From Eledone cirrhosa (lineage: Eukaryota): a stretch of 64,000 nt of DNA. Positions 34,500 to 49,293 of the stretch are shown in pieces. Both the position numbers and the translations under genes were made by a program. Below the pieces are notes generated by a model. It did no database searches. It worked only from the letters and a program-made list of their open reading frames with translations, and had not been told where the DNA came from. Position 1 is the first letter of the stretch. Each line of letters starts with the position of its first letter. The stretch is from the NCBI GenBank assembly GCA_964016885.1, contig OZ024740.1, positions 6,572,001 to 6,636,000 on the forward strand. Reading direction: 5' to 3'.

Positions 34500-37400
34500 A
34501 GGGTCAGACGCCATGGGTGGTGGATTGGGAATATTGGTAGAGGGTCTGACACCATGTTAAGGTGGTGGATTGGCAGTATAGATAGAGGGTCTGACACATT
34601 GTTAGGGTGGTGGATTGGTAGTATTGGTAGAGGGTCTGACACTGTGGTAGGGTGGCGGATTGGCAGTATTGGTAGAGGGTCTGACAGCATGTTAGGTTGG
34701 TGGATTGGCAGTATTGGTAGACGTTCTGATACCATGTTAGGGTGGCTGATTGGTAAACTTGGTAGAGTGTCTGACACCATGTTAGGGTGGTGGATTGGCA
34801 GTATTGGTAGAGAGTCTGACACTGTGTTAGGGTGGTGGATTGTTAGTATTGGTAGAGGGTCTGACACCATGTTAGGTGGCGGATTGGTAGTATTGGTAGA
34901 GGGTCTGACACCATGTTAGGTGGTGGATTGGCAGTATTGGTAGAGGGTCTTACACAGTGCCAGGGTGGTGGATTGGCAGTATTGGTAGAGGGTCTGACAC
35001 CATGTGAGGGTGGCAGATTGGCAGTATTGGTAGGGGGTCTGACGCCATGTTAGGGTGGTGGATTGGCAGTATTGGTAGAGGGTCTGACACCATGCTAGGG
35101 TGGTGGATTGGCAGTATTGGTAGAGGGTCTGACACCATGTTAGGGTGGTGGATTGGCAGTATTGGTAGAGGGTCTGACACCATGCTAGGTCGTGGATTGT
35201 TAGTATTGGTAGAGGGTCTGACACCATGTTAGGTGGTGGATTGGCAGTATAGGTAGAGGGTCTGACACCATGTTAGGTTCGTGGAGTGGTAGTATTGGTA
35301 GAGGGTCTGACACCATCTTAGTTGGTGGATTGGTAGTATTGGTAGAGGGTCTAACACCATGGTATGTGGTGGATTGGTAGTATTGGTAGAGGGTCTGACA
35401 CCATGCTAGGGTGGTGGATTGGCAGTATTGGTAGAGGGTCTCACACCATGCTAGGGTGGTGGATTGGCAGTATTGGTAGAGGGTCTGACGCCATGTTAGG
35501 TGATGGATTGGTAGTATTGGTAGAGGGTCTGACACCATGTTAGGTGGTAGATCGGCAGTATTGGTTGAGGGTCTGACACAATGCTAGGGTGGTGGATTGG
35601 CATTATTGGTAGAGGGGCTGACACCATGTTAGGTGGTGGATTGGCAGTATTGGTAGAGGGTCTGACACAATGCTAGGGTGGTGGATTGGCAGTATTGGTA
35701 GAGGGTCTAACACCATGTTAGGGTGGTGGATTGGCAGTATAGTTAGAGGGTCTGACACCATGTTAGGGTGGTGGATTGGTAGTATTGGTAGAGGGTCTGA
35801 CACCATGGTAGGGGTGGATTGGTAGTATAGGTAGAGGGTCTGGCACAATGCTAGGGTGGCGGATTGGCAGTATTGGTAGAGGGTCTGACACCATGTTAGG
35901 TGGTGGATTGGCAGTATTGGTAGAGGGTCTGACACAATGCTAGGGTGGCGGATTGGCAGTATTGGTAGAGGGTCTGACACCATGTTAGGGTGGCGGATTG
36001 GCAGTATTGGTAGAGGGTCTGACACCATGTTAGGGTGGTGGATTGGCAGTATTGGTAGAGAGTCTGACACCGTGTTAGGGTGGTGGATTGGTAGTATTGG
36101 TAGAGGGTCTGACACCATGCTAGGGTGGTGGATTGGCAGTATTGGTAGAGGGTCTGACACCATGTTAGGGTGGTGGATTGGCAGTATTGGTAGAGGGTCT
36201 GACACCATGTTAGGGTGGAGGATTGGCAGTATTGGTACAGGGTCTGACACCATGTTAGGGTGGTGGAATGTTAGTATTGGTAGAGGGTCTGACACCATGT
36301 TAGGTGGTGGATCGGCAGTATTGGTAGAGGGTCTTACACAATGCTAGGGTGGTGGATTGGCAGTATTGGTAGAGGGTCTGACAGCATGTTAGGGTGGTGT
36401 ATTGGCAGTATTGTTAGAGGGTCTGACACAATGTTAGGGTTGTGGATTGGCAGTATTGGTAGAGGGTCTGACACCATGTTAGGGGTGTATTGGTAGTATA
36501 GGTAGAGGGTTTGACACAATGCTAGGGTGGCGGATTGGCATTATTGGTAGAGGGTCTGACACCATGTTAGGTGGTGGATTGGCAGTATTGGTAGAGGGTC
36601 TGACACCATGTTAGGGTGGCGGATTGGCAGTATTGGTAGAGGGTCTGACACCATGTTAGGTGGTAGATTGGCAGTATTGGTAGAGGATCTGACACAATGC
36701 TAGGGTGGTGGATTGGCAGTATTGGTAGAGGGTCTGACACAATGCTAGGGTGGTGGATTGGCAGTATTGGTAGAGGGTCTGACACCATGTTAGGGTGGTG
36801 GATTGGTAGTATTGGTAGAGGGTCTGACACCATGGTAGGGGTGGATTGGTAGTATAAGTAGAGGGTCTGACACAATGCTAGGTTGGCGGATTGGCAGTAT
36901 TGGTAGAGGGTCTCACACCATGTTAGGTGGTGTATTGGCAGTATTGGTAGAGGGTCTGACACCATGTTAGGGTGGTGGATTGGCAGTATAGGTAGAGGGT
37001 CTGACACCATGTTAGGTGGTGGATTGGTAGTATTGGTAGAGGGTCTGACACCATGTTAGGTGGTGGATTGGCAGTATTGGTAGAGGGTCTTACACCATGT
37101 TAGGGTGGTGGATTGGCAGTATTGGTAGAGGGTCTGACACCATGTTACGGTGGCGGATTGGCAGTATTGGTAGAGGGTCTGACACCATGATAGGGTGGTG
37201 GATTGGCAGTATTGGTAGCAGGTCTGACACCATGTTAGGGTGGTGGATTGGTAGTATAGGTAGAGGGTCTGACACCATGGTAGGGTGGTGGATTGGCAGT
37301 ATAGGTAGAGGGTCTGACACCATGTTAGGGTGGCGGATTGGCAGTATTGGTAGAGGGTCTGACACCATGTTAGGTGGTGGATTGGCAGCATTGGTAGATG

Positions 37401-40400
37401 GTCAGACGCCATGGGTGGTGGATTGGCAGTATTGGTAGAGGGTCTGACACCATGTTAGGGTGGTGGACTGGTAGTATAGGTAGAGGGTCTAACACCATGT
37501 TATATGGTGGATTGGCAGTATTGGTAGAGGGTCAGACGCCATGGGTGGTGGATTGGCAGTATTGTTAGAGGGTCTGACACCATGTTAGGGTGGTGGATTG
37601 GCAGTATTGGTAGAGGGTCTCACACAATGCTAGGGTGGTGGATTGGCAGTATTGGTAGAGGGTCTGACAACATGTTAGGTGGTGGATTGGCAGTATTGGT
37701 ACAGGGTCTGACACAATGCTAGGGTGGTGGTTTGTCAGTATTGGTAGAGGGTCTGACACAATGCTAGGGTGGTGGATTGGCAGTATTGGTAGAGGGTCAG
37801 ACGCCATGGGTGGTGGATTGGGAGTATTGGTAGAGGGTCTGACACCATGTTAGAGTGGTGGATTGGCAGTATAGGTAGAGGGTCTGACACCATATTAGGG
37901 TGGTGGATTGGTAGTATTTTTAGTGGGTCTGACACCGTGGTAGGGGTGGATTGGTAGTATAGCTAGAGGGCCTGACACCATGCTAGGGTAGTGGATTGGC
38001 AGTGTTGTTAGAGTCTGACACCGTGGTAGGGTGGCGGATTGGCAGTATTGATAGAGGGACTGACACCATGTTAAGCTGGTGGATTGGCAGTATTGGTAGA
38101 GGTTCTGATACCATGTTAGGGTGGCGGATTGGCAGAATTGGTAGAGGGTCTGACACCATGTTAGGGTGGTGGATTGGTAGTATTGGTAGAGGGCCTGACA
38201 CCATGTTATGGTGGTGGATTGGCAGTATAGGTAGAGTGTCTGACACCATGCTAGAGTGGTGGATTGGCAGTATAGGTAGAGGGTCTGACACCATGTGAGG
38301 GTGGCAGATTGGCAGTATTGGTAAAGGGTCTGACACCATGTTAGGGTGGTGGATTGGCAGTATTGGTAGAGGGTCTGACACCATGCTAGGGTGGTGGATT
38401 GGCAGTATTGGTAGAGGGTCTGACACCATCTTAGGGTGGTGGATTGTTAGTATTGGTAGAGGGTCAGACACAATGTTAGGTTGGTGGAGTGGTAGTATAG
38501 GTAGAGGGTCTGACACCATCTTAGTTGGTGGATTGGTAGTATTGGTAGAGGGTCTAACACCATGGTATGTGGTGGATTGGTAGTATTGGTAGAGGGTCTG
38601 ACACCATGTTAGGTGGTGGATTGGCAGTATTGGTAGAGGGTCTGACACCATGTTAGGGTGGTGGATTGGCAGTATTGGTAGAGGGTCTGACACCATGGTA
38701 GGGGTGGCTTGGTAGTATAGGTAGAGGGTCTGACACGATGCTAGGGTGGCAGATTGGCAGTATTGGTAGAGGGTCTGACAACATGTTAGGTGGTGGATTG
38801 GCAGTATTGGTAGAGGGTCTGACACCATGTTAGGGTGGTGGATTGGCAGTATTGGAAGATGGTCTGACACCATGCTAGGTCGTGGATTGTTAGTATTGGT
38901 AGAGGGTCTGACACCATGTTAGGTGGTGGATTGGCAGTATAGATAGAGGGTCTGACACCATGTTTGGTTGGTGGAGTGGTAGTATTGGTAGAGGGTCTGA
39001 CACCATCTTAGTTGGTGGATTGGTAGTATTGGTTGAGGGTCTGACACCAGGTTAGGTGGTGGATTGGCAGTATAGATAGAGGCTCTGACACCATGTTAGG
39101 TTGGTGGAGTGGTAGTATTGGTAGAGGGTCTGACACCATCTTAGTTGGTAGATTGGTAGTATTGGTAGAGGGTCTAACACCATGGTATGTGGTGGATTGT
39201 TAGTATTGTTAGAGGGTCTGACACCATGTTAGGTGGTGGATTGGTAGTATTGGTAGAGGGTCTGACACCATATTAGGGTGGAGGATTGGCAGTATTGGTA
39301 GAGGGTCTGACACCATGGTATGGTGGTGGATTGGCAGTATTAGTAGAGGGTCTGATACCATGTTAGGTGGTGGATTGGCAGTCTAGGTAGAGGTTCTGAC
39401 ACCATGTAAGGGGTGTATTGGTTGTATAGGTAGAGGGTTTGACACAATGCTAGGGTGGCGGATTGGCATTATTGGTAGAGGGTCTGACACCATGTTAGGT
39501 GGTGGATTGGCAGTATTGGTAGAGGGTCTGACACAATGCTAGGGTGGTGGATTGGCAGTATTGGTAGAGGCGCTGACACCATGTTAGGTGGTGGATTGGC
39601 AGTATTGGTAGAGGGTCTGACACAATGCTAGGGTGGTGGATTGGCAGTATTGGTAGAGGGTCTGACACCATGTTAGGGTGGTGGATTGGTAGTATTGGTA
39701 GAGGGTCTGACACCATGGTAGGGGTGGATTGGTAGTATAAGTAGAGGGTCTGACACAATGCTAGGGTGGCGGATTGGCAGTATTGGTAGAGGGTCTGACA
39801 CCATGCTAGGTGGTGGATTGGCAGTATTGGTAGAGGGTCTGACACAATGCTAGGGTGGCGGATTGGCAGTATTGGTAGAGGGACTGACACCATGTTAGGG
39901 TGGCGGATTGGCAGTATTGGTAGAGGGTCTTACACCATGTTAGGGTGATGGATTGGCAGTATTGGTAGAGGGTCTGACACCATGTTACGGTGGCGGATTG
40001 GCAGTATTGGTAGAGGGTCTGACACCATGGTAGGGTGGTGGATTGGCAGTATTGGTAGAGGGTCTGACACCATGTTAGGTGGTGGATTGGTAGTATTGGT
40101 AGAGGGTCTGACACCATATTAGGGTGGAGGATTGGCAGTATTGGTAGAGGGTCTGACACCATGGTATGGTGGTGGATTGGCAGTATTAGTAGAGGGTCTG
40201 ATACCATGTTAGGTGGTGGATTGGCAGTCTAGGTAGAGGTTCTGACACCATGTAAGGGGTGTATTGGTTGTATAGGTAGAGGGTTTGACACAATGCTAGG
40301 GTGGCGGATTGGCATTATTGGTAGAGGGTCTGACACCATGTTAGGTGGTGGATTGGCAGTATTGGTAGAGGGTCTGACACAATGCTAGGGTGGTGGATTG

Positions 40401-43200
40401 GCAGTATTGGTAGAGGCGCTGACACCATGTTAGGTGGTGGATTGGCAGTATTGGTAGAGGGTCTGACACAATGCTAGGGTGGTGGATTGGCAGTATTGGT
40501 AGAGGGTCTGACACCATGTTAGGGTGGTGGATTGGTAGTATTGGTAGAGGGTCTGACACCATGGTAGGGGTGGATTGGTAGTATAAGTAGAGGGTCTGAC
40601 ACAATGCTAGGGTGGCGGATTGGCAGTATTGGTAGAGGGTCTGACACCATGCTAGGTGGTGGATTGGCAGTATTGGTAGAGGGTCTGACACAATGCTAGG
40701 GTGGCGGATTGGCAGTATTGGTAGAGGGACTGACACCATGTAAGGGGTGTATTGGTTGTATAGGTAGAGGGTTTGACACAATGCTAGGGTGGCGGATTGG
40801 CAGTATTGGTAGAGGGTCTTACACCATGTTAGGGTGATGGATTGGCAGTATTGGTAGAGGGTCTGACACCATGTTACGGTGGCGGATTGGCAGTATTGGT
40901 AGAGGGTCTGACACCATGGTAGGGTGGTGGATTGGCAGTATTGGTAGAGGGTCTTACACCATGTTAGGGTGATGGATTGGCAGTATTGGTAGAGGGTCTG
41001 ACACCATGTTACGGTGGCGGATTGGCAGTAGTGGTAGAGGGTCTGACACCATGATAGGGTGGTGGATTGGCAGTATTGGTAGCAGGTCTGACACCATGTT
41101 AGGGTGGTGGATTGGTAGTATAGGTAGAGGGTCTGACACCATGGTAGGGTGGTGGATTGGCAGTATAGGTAGAGGGTCTAACACCATGTTAGGGTGGCGG
41201 ATTGGCAGTATTGGTAGAGGGTCTGAAACCATGTTAGGTGGTGGATTGGCAGTATTGGTAGATGGTCAGACGCCATGGGTGGTGGATTGGCAGTATTGGT
41301 AGAGGGTCTGACACCATGTTAGGGTGGTGGACTGGTAGTATAGGTAGAGGGTCTAACACCATGTTATGTGGTGGATTGGCAGTATTGGTAGAGGGTCAGA
41401 CGCCATGGGTGGTGGATTGGCAGTATTGTTAGAGGGTCTGACACCATGTTAGGGTGGTGGATTGGCAGTATTGGTAGAGGGTCTCACACAATGCTAGGGT
41501 GGTGGATTGGCAGTGTTGGTAGAGTGTCTGACAACATGTTAGGTGGTGGATTGGCAGTATTGGTACAGGGTCTGACACAATGCTAGGGTGGTGGTTTGGC
41601 AGTATTGGTAGAGGGTCTGACACCATGGTAGGTGGTGGATTGGCAGTATTGGTAGAGGGTCTGACACAATGCTAGGGTGGTGGATTGGCAGTATTGGTAG
41701 AGGGTCTGACACCATGTTAGGTGGTGGATTGGCAGTATTGGTAGAGAGTCAGACGCCATGGGTGGTGGATTGGGAGTATTGGTAGAGGGTCTGACACCAT
41801 GTTAGGGTGGTTGATTGGCAGTATAGGTAAAGGGTCTGACACCATATTAGGGTGGTGGATTGGTAGTATTGTTAGTGGGTCTGACACTGTGGTAGGGGTG
41901 GATTGGTAGTATAGCTAGAGGGCCTGACACCATGCTAGTGTGGTGGATTGGCAGTGTTGTTAGAGTCTGACACCGTGGTAGGGTGGCGGATTGGCAGTAT
42001 TGGTAGAGGGTCAGACACCATGTTAGGCTGGTGGATTGGCAGTATTGGTAGAGGTTCTGATACCATGTTAGGGTGGCGGATTGGCAGAATTGGTAGAGGG
42101 TCTGACACCATGTTAGGGGGGTGGATTGGCAGTATTGATAGAGGGTCTGACACCGTGTTAGGGTGGTGGGTTGGTAGTATTGGTAGAGGGTCTGACACCA
42201 TGTTAGGTGGTGGATTGGCAGTATTGGTAGAGGGTCTTACACAATGCTAGGGTGGGGGATTGGCATTATTGGTAGAGGGTCTGACACCTTGTTAGGGTGG
42301 TGGATTGGTAGTATTGGTAGAGGGTCTGACACCATGTTAGGTGGTGGATTGGTAGTATTGGTAGAGGGCCTGACACCATGTTAGGGTGGTGGATTGGCAG
42401 TATAGGTAGAGGGTCGGACACCATGCTAGGGTGGTGGATTTTCAGTATAGGTAGAGGGTCTGACACCATGTGAGGGTGGCAGATTGGCAGTATTGTTAAA
42501 GGGTCTGACACCATGTTAGGCTGGTGGATTGGCAGTATTGGTAGAGGGTCTGACACCATCTTAGGGTGGTGGATTGGCAGTATTGTTAGAGGGTCTGACA
42601 CCATGCTAGGTCGTGGATTGTTAGTATTGGTAGAGGCTCAGACACCATGTTAGTTTGGTGGAGTGGTAGTATAGGTAGAGGTTCTGACACCATCTTAGTT
42701 GGTGGATTGGTAGTATTGGTAGAGGGTCTAACACCATGGTATGTGGTGGATTGGTAGTATTGGTAGAGGGTCTGACACCATGTGAGGGTGGTGGATTGGC
42801 AGTATTGGTAGAGGGTCTGACACCATGTGAGGTGGTGGATTGGCAGTATTGGTAGAGGGTCTGAAACCATGTTAGGGTGGTGGATTGGTAGTATAGGTAG
42901 AGGGTCAGACACAATGCTAGGGTGGCAGATTGGCTGTATTGGTAGAGGGTCTGACAACATGTTAGGTGGTGGATTGGCAGTATTGGTAGAGGGTCTGACA
43001 CAATGCTAGGGTGGCGGAATGGCAGTATTGGTAGAGGGTCTGACACCATGTTAGGGTGGTGGATTGGCAGTATTGGTAGAGGGTCTGACACCATGTTAGG
43101 GTGGTGGATTGGAAGTATTGGTAGAGGGTCTGACACCGTGTTAGAGTGGTGGATTGGTAGTATTGGTAGAGGGTCTGACAACATGTTAGGTGGTGGATTG
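34500..43200 (+). repeat. Diverged central subfamily domain with ~3 related 3.3-4.2-kb units
   Basis: Private markers: CATGTGAGGGTGGCAG (~35001, 38292, 42467), CTAGGTCGTGGATTGTTAG (~35185, 38875, 42606) and GATTGGGA (~34523, 37816, 41768). ORF offsets are 3864 (37090/40954) and 3952 (37996/41948). Confidence 0.8.
39215..40930 (+). repeat. 846-bp (19-monomer) tandem duplication within the diverged domain
   Basis: GTCTAGGTAGAGGTTCTGACACCATGTAAGGGGTGTATTGGTTG occurs at 39381 and 40227. ORF boundaries 39495/40341 are offset by 846. Confidence 0.87.
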
Positions 43201-44149
43201 GTAGTATTGGTAGAGGGTCTGACACCATGTTAGGTGGTGGATTGGCAGTATTGGTAGAGGGTCTGACACCATGTTAGGGTGGTGGATTGGCAGTATTGGT
43301 AGAGGGTCTGACACCATTTTATGGTGGCGGATTGGCAGTATTGGTAGAGGGTCTGACACCATGTTAGGGTGGTGGATTGGCAGTATTGGTAGCGGGTCTG
43401 ACACCATGTTAGGGTGGTGGATTGGTAGTATAGGTAGAGGGTCTGACACCATGGTAGGGTTGTGGATTGGCAGTATAGGTAGAGGGTCTGACACCATGTT
43501 AGGGTGGCAGATTGGCAGTATTGGTAGAGGGTCTGACACCATGCTAGGGTGGTGGATTGGCAGTATTGGTAGAGGGTCTGACACCATGTTAGGTGGGGAT
43601 TGGCAATATTGGTAGAGGATCTGACACCATGGTAGAGTGGTAGATTGGCAGTATTGGTAGAGGGTCTGACACAATGCTAGGGTGGTGGATTGGCAGTATT
43701 GGTAGAGGGGCTGACACCATGTTAGGTGGTGGATTGGCAGTATTGGTAGAGGGTTTGACACAATGCTAGGGTGGTGGATTGGCAGTATAGTTAGAGGGTC
43801 TGACACCATGTTAGGGTGCTGGATTGGTAGTATTAGTAGAGGGTCTGACACCATGGTAGGGGTGGATTGGTAGTATAGGTAGAGGGTCTGACACAATGCT
43901 AGGGTGGTGGATTGGCAGTATTGGTAGAGGGTCTGACACCATGTTAGGGTGGTGGATTGGCAGTATTGGTAGAGGGTCTGACACCATGTAAGGGTGGCGG
44001 ATTGGCAGTATTGGTAGAGGGTCTGACACCATGTTAGGGTGGTGGATTTGCAGTATAGGTAGAGGGTCTGATACCATGTTAGGTGGTGGATCGGCAGTAT
44101 TGGTAGAGGGTCTGACAGCATGTTATGTGGTGGATTGGCAGTATTGGTA

Positions 44150-44900
44150 GAGGGTCTGACACCATGTTAGGTGGTGGATTGTCAGTATTGGTAGAGGGTC
44201 TGACACAATGCTAGGGTGGCGGATTAGCAGTATTGGTAGAGGGTCTGACACCATATTAGGGGGTGGATTGGTAGTATTGGTAGAGGGTCTGACACCATGT
44301 TAGGTGGTGGATTGGCAGTATTGGTAGAGGGTCTGACACCATGTTAGGGTGGTGGATTGGCAGTATTGGTAGAGGGTCTGACACCATGTTACGGTGGCGG
44401 ATTGGCAGTATTGGTAGCAGGTCTGACACCATGTTAGGTGGTGGATTGTCAGTATTGGTAGAGGGTCTGACACAATGCTAGGGTGGCGGATTAGCAGTAT
44501 TGGTAGAGGGTCTGACACCATATTAGGGGGTGGATTGGTAGTATTGGTAGAGGGTCTGACACCATGTTAGGTGGTGGATTGGCAGTATTGGTAGAGGGTC
44601 TGACACCATGTTAGGGTGGTGGATTGGCAGTATTGGTAGAGGGTCTGACACCATGTTAGGTGGTGGATTGTCAGTATTGGTAGAGGGTCTGACACAATGC
44701 TAGGGTGGCGGATTAGCAGTATTGGTAGAGGGTCTGACACCATATTAGGGGGTGGATTGGTAGTATTGGTAGAGGGTCTGACACCATGTTAGGTGGTGGA
44801 TTGGCAGTATTGGTAGAGGGTCTGACACCATGTTAGGGTGGTGGATTGGCAGTATTGGTAGAGGGTCTGACACCATGTTACGGTGGCGGATTGGCAGTAT
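44150..44900 (+). repeat. Triplicated 5-6-monomer unit (267- and 222-bp spacing)
   Basis: GTCAGTATT occurs at 44181, 44448 and 44670, each followed by GGATTAGCAG and CCATATTAGGGGG monomers. Confidence 0.85.
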
Positions 44901-45489
44901 TGGTAGCAGGTCTGACACCATGTTAGAGTGGTGGATTAGTAGTATAGGTAGAGGGTCTGACACCATGGTAGGGTGGTGGATTGGCAGTATAGGTAGAGGG
45001 TCTGACACCATGTTAGGGTAGCGGATTGGCAGTATTGGTAGAGGGTCTGACACCATGCTAGGGTGGTGGATTGGCAGTATTGGTAGAGGGTCTGACACCA
45101 TGTTAGAGTGGTGGATTGGCAGTATTGGTAGAGGGTCTGCCACCATGCTAGGGTGGTGGATTGGCAGTATTGGTAGAGGGTCTGACACCATATTAGGGTG
45201 GTGGATTGGCAGTATTGGTAGAGGGTCTGACATCATGCTAGGTGGTGGATTGTTAGTATTGGTAGTGGGTCTGACACCATGTTAGGTGGTGGATTGGCAG
45301 TATAGGTAGAGGTTCTGACACAATGCTAGGGTGGCGGATAGGCAGTATTGGTAGAGGGTCTGACACCATGTTAGGGTGGTGGATTGGCAGTATTGGTAGA
45401 GGGTCTGACACCATGTTAGGGTGGCGGATTGGCAGTATTGGTAGGGGGTCTGACACCATGTTAGGGTGGTGGATTGGCAGTATTGGTAG

Positions 45490-48400
45490 AGGGTCTGATA
45501 CCATGTTAGGGTGGTGGATTGGTAGTATAGGTAGAGGGTCTGACACCATTGTAGGGTGGTGGATTGGCAATATTGGTAGAGATCTGACACCATGTTAGGT
45601 GGTGGATTGGTAGTATTGGTAGAGGGTCTGACACCATGGTAGGTGGTGGATTGGTAGTATTGGTAGAGGGTCTGACACCATGTTAGGTGGTGGATTGGTA
45701 GTATTGGTAGAGGGTCTGACACCTTGTTAGGGTGGAGGATTGGCAGTATTGGTAGAGGGTCTGACACCATGGTAGGGTGGTGGATTGGCAGTATTGTTAG
45801 AGGTTCTGGCACCATGTTAGGGTGGTGGATTGGTAGTATTGGTAGAGGGTCTGACACCATGGTAGGGGGTGGATTGGTAGTATAGGTAGAGGGTCTGACA
45901 CAATGCTAGGGTGGCGGATTGGCAGTATTGGTAGAGGGTCTGACACCATGTTAGGGTGGTGGATTGGCAGTATTGGTAGAGGGCCTGACACAATGCTAGG
46001 GTGGTGGATTGGCAGTATTGGTAAAGGGTCTGACACCATGTTAGGTGGTGGATTAGCAGTATTGGTAGATGGTCAGACGCCATGGGTGGTGGATTGGCAG
46101 CATTGGTAGAGGGTCTGACACCATGTTAGGGTGGTGGATTGGTAGTATTGGTAGAGGGTCTGACACCATGGTAGGGGGTGGATTGGTAGTATAGGTAGAG
46201 GGTCTGACACAATGCTAGGGTGGCGGATTGGCAGTATTGGTAGAGGGTCTGACACCATGTTAGGGTGGTGGATTGGCAGTATTGGTAGAGGGTCTGACAC
46301 CATTTTAGGGTGGCGGATTTGCAGTATTGGTAAAGGGTCTGACACCATGTTAGGATGGTGGATTGGCAGTATTAGTAGAGGGTCTGATACCATGTTAGGG
46401 TGGTGGATTGGCAGTATTGGTAGAGGGTCTGACACCATGTTAGGGTGGCGGATTGGCAGTATTGGTAGAGGGTCTGACACCATGTTACGGTGGTGGATTG
46501 GCAGTATTGGTAGAGGGTCTGATATCATGTTAGGGTGGTTGATTGGTAGTATAGGTAGAGGGTCTGACACCATGGTAGGGTGGCAGATTGGCAGTATTGG
46601 TAGAGGGTCTGACACAATGTTAGGGTGGTGGATTGGCAGTATTGGTAGAGGGTCTGACATCATGTTAGGGTGGTGGATTGGTAGTATAGGTAGAGGTTTT
46701 GACACCATTGTAGGGTGGTGGATTGGCAATATTGGTAGAGCGTCTCACACCATGTTAGGGTGGCGGATTGGCAGTATTGGTAGAGGGTCTGACACCATGT
46801 TAGGGTGGAGGATTGGCAATATTGGTAGAGGTTCTGACACCATGGTAGGTGGTGGATTGGCAGTATTGGTAGAGGGTCTGACACCATGTTAGGGTGGTGG
46901 AGTGGTAGTATAGGTAGAGGGTCTGACACCATCTTAGGTGGTGGATTGGTAGTATTGGTAGATCGTCTGACACCATGTTAGGGTGGTGGATTGGTAGTAT
47001 ATGTAGAGGGCCTGACACCATCTTAGGTGGTGGATTGGTAGTATTGGTAGAGGGTCTGACACCATCTTAGGTGGTGGATTGGCAGTATTGGTAGAGTGTC
47101 TGACACAATGCTAGGGTGGTGGATTGGCAGTATTGTTAGAGGGGCTAACACCATGTTAGGTGGTGGATTGGCAGTATTTGTAGAGGGTCTGACACAATGC
47201 TAGGGTTGTGGATTGGCAGTATTGGTAGAGGGGCTGACACCATTTTAGGTGGTGGATTGGCAGTATTGGTAGAGGGTCAGACGCCATGGGTGGTGGATTG
47301 GCATTATTGGTAGAGGGTCTGACACCATGTTAGGGTGGTGGATTGGCAGTATATGTAGAGGGTCTGACACAATGCTAGGGTGGCGGATTGGCATTATTGG
47401 TAGAGGGTCTGATACCATGTTAGGGTGGTGGATTGGTAGTATAGGTAGAGGGTCTGACACCATTGTAGGGTGGTGGATTGGCAATATTGGTAGAGATCTG
47501 ACACCATGTTAGGTGGTGGATTGGTAGTATTGGTAGAGGGTCTGACACCATTGTAGGTGGTGGATTGGTAGTATTGGTAGAGGGTCTGACACCATGTTAG
47601 GTGGTGGATTGGTAGTATTGGTAGAGGGTCTGACACCTTGTTAGGGTGGAGGATTGGCAGTATTGGTAGAGGGTCTGACACCATGGTAGGGTGGTGGATT
47701 GGCAGTATTGTTAGAGGTTCTGGCACCATGTTAGGTGGTGGATTGGCAGTATTGGTAGAGGGTCAGACGCCATGGGTGGTGGATTGGCAGTATTGGTAGA
47801 GGGTCTAACACCATGTTAGGGTGGTGGATGGTAGTATAGGTAGAGGGTCTGACACCGTGTTAGGTGGTGGATTGGCAGTATTGGTAGAGGGCCTGACACA
47901 ATGCTAGGGTGGTGGATTGGCAGTATTGGTAAAGGGTCTGACACCATGTTAGGTGGTGGATTAGCAGTATTGGTAGATGGTCAGACGCCATGGGTGGTGG
48001 ATTGGCAGCATTGGTAGAGGGTCTGACACCATGTTAGGGTGGTGGATTGGTAGTATTGGTAGAGGGTCTGACACCATGGTAGGGGGTGGATTGGTAGTAT
48101 AGGTAGAGGGTCTGACACAATGCTAGGGTGGCGGATTGGCAGTATTGGTAGAGGGTCTGACACCATGTTAGGGTGGTGGATTGGCAGTATTGGTAGAGGG
48201 TCTGACACCATTTTAGGGTGGCGGATTTGCAGTATTGGTAAAGGGTCTGACACCATGTTAGGATGGTGGATTGGCAGTATTAGTAGAGGGTCTGATACCA
48301 TGTTAGGGTGGTGGATTGGCAGTATTGGTAGAGGGTCTGACACCATGTTAGGGTGGCGGATTGGCAGTATTGGTAGAGGGTCTGACACCATGTTACGGTG

Positions 48401-49190
48401 GTGGATTGGCAGTATTGGTAGAGGGTCTGATATCATGTTAGGGTGGTTGATTGGTAGTATAGGTAGAGGGTCTGACACCATGGTAGGGTGGCAGATTGGC
48501 AGTATTGGTAGAGGGTCTGACACAATGTTAGGGTGGTGGATTGGCAGTATTGGTAGAGGGTCTGACATCATGTTAGGGTGGTGGATTGGTAGTATAGGTA
48601 GAGGTTTTGACACCATTGTAGGGTGGTGGATTGGCAATATTGGTAGAGCGTCTCACACCATGTTAGGGTGGCGGATTGGCAGTATTGGTAGAGGGTCTGA
48701 CACCATGTTAGGGTGGAGGATTGGCAATATTGGTAGAGGTTCTGACACCATGGTAGGTGGTGGATTGGCAGTATTGGTAGAGGGTCTGACACCATGTTAG
48801 GGTGGTGGAGTGGTAGTATAGGTAGAGGGTCTGACACCATCTTAGGTCTTGGATTGGCAGTATTGGTAGAGTGTCTGACACAATGCTAGGGTGGTGGATT
48901 GGCAGTATTGTTAGAGGGGCTAACACCATGTTAGGTGGTGGATTGGCAGTATTTGTAGAGGGTCTGACACAATGCTAGGGTTGTGGATTGGCAGTATTGG
49001 TAGAGGGGCTGACACCATTTTAGGTGGTGGATTGGCAGTATTGGTAGAGGGTCAGACGCCATGGGTGGTGGATTGGCATTATTGGTAGAGGGTCTGACAC
49101 CATGTTAGGGTGGTGGATTGGCAGTATATGTAGAGGGTCTGACACAATGCTAGGGTGGCGGATTGGCATTATTGGTAGAGGGTCTGACAC
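45490..49190 (+). repeat. ~1.9-kb tandem duplication
   Basis: Identical ORFs 46073/47981 and 46212/48120 (offset 1908). The same block recurs at 51585 and, lacking two monomers, at 2163. Confidence 0.85.
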
Positions 49191-49293
49191 CATGTTAGGT
49201 GGTGGATTGGCAGTATTGGTAGAGGGTCTGACACAATGCTAGGGTGGTGGATTGGCAGTATTGGTAAAGGGGCTGACAACATGTTAGGTGGTG

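Larger units (their letters stand above)
17450..34500 (+). repeat. Series of related 2.5-3.7-kb higher-order units with internal rearrangements
   Basis: Offsets are 3666 (17547/21213), 3040 (19202/22242), 3464 (23965/27429), 2493 (27429/29922) and 1249 (19512/20761). The TATAGGCAGAG marker (GGCAAG near 33920) was seen only in this segment. Confidence 0.8.
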
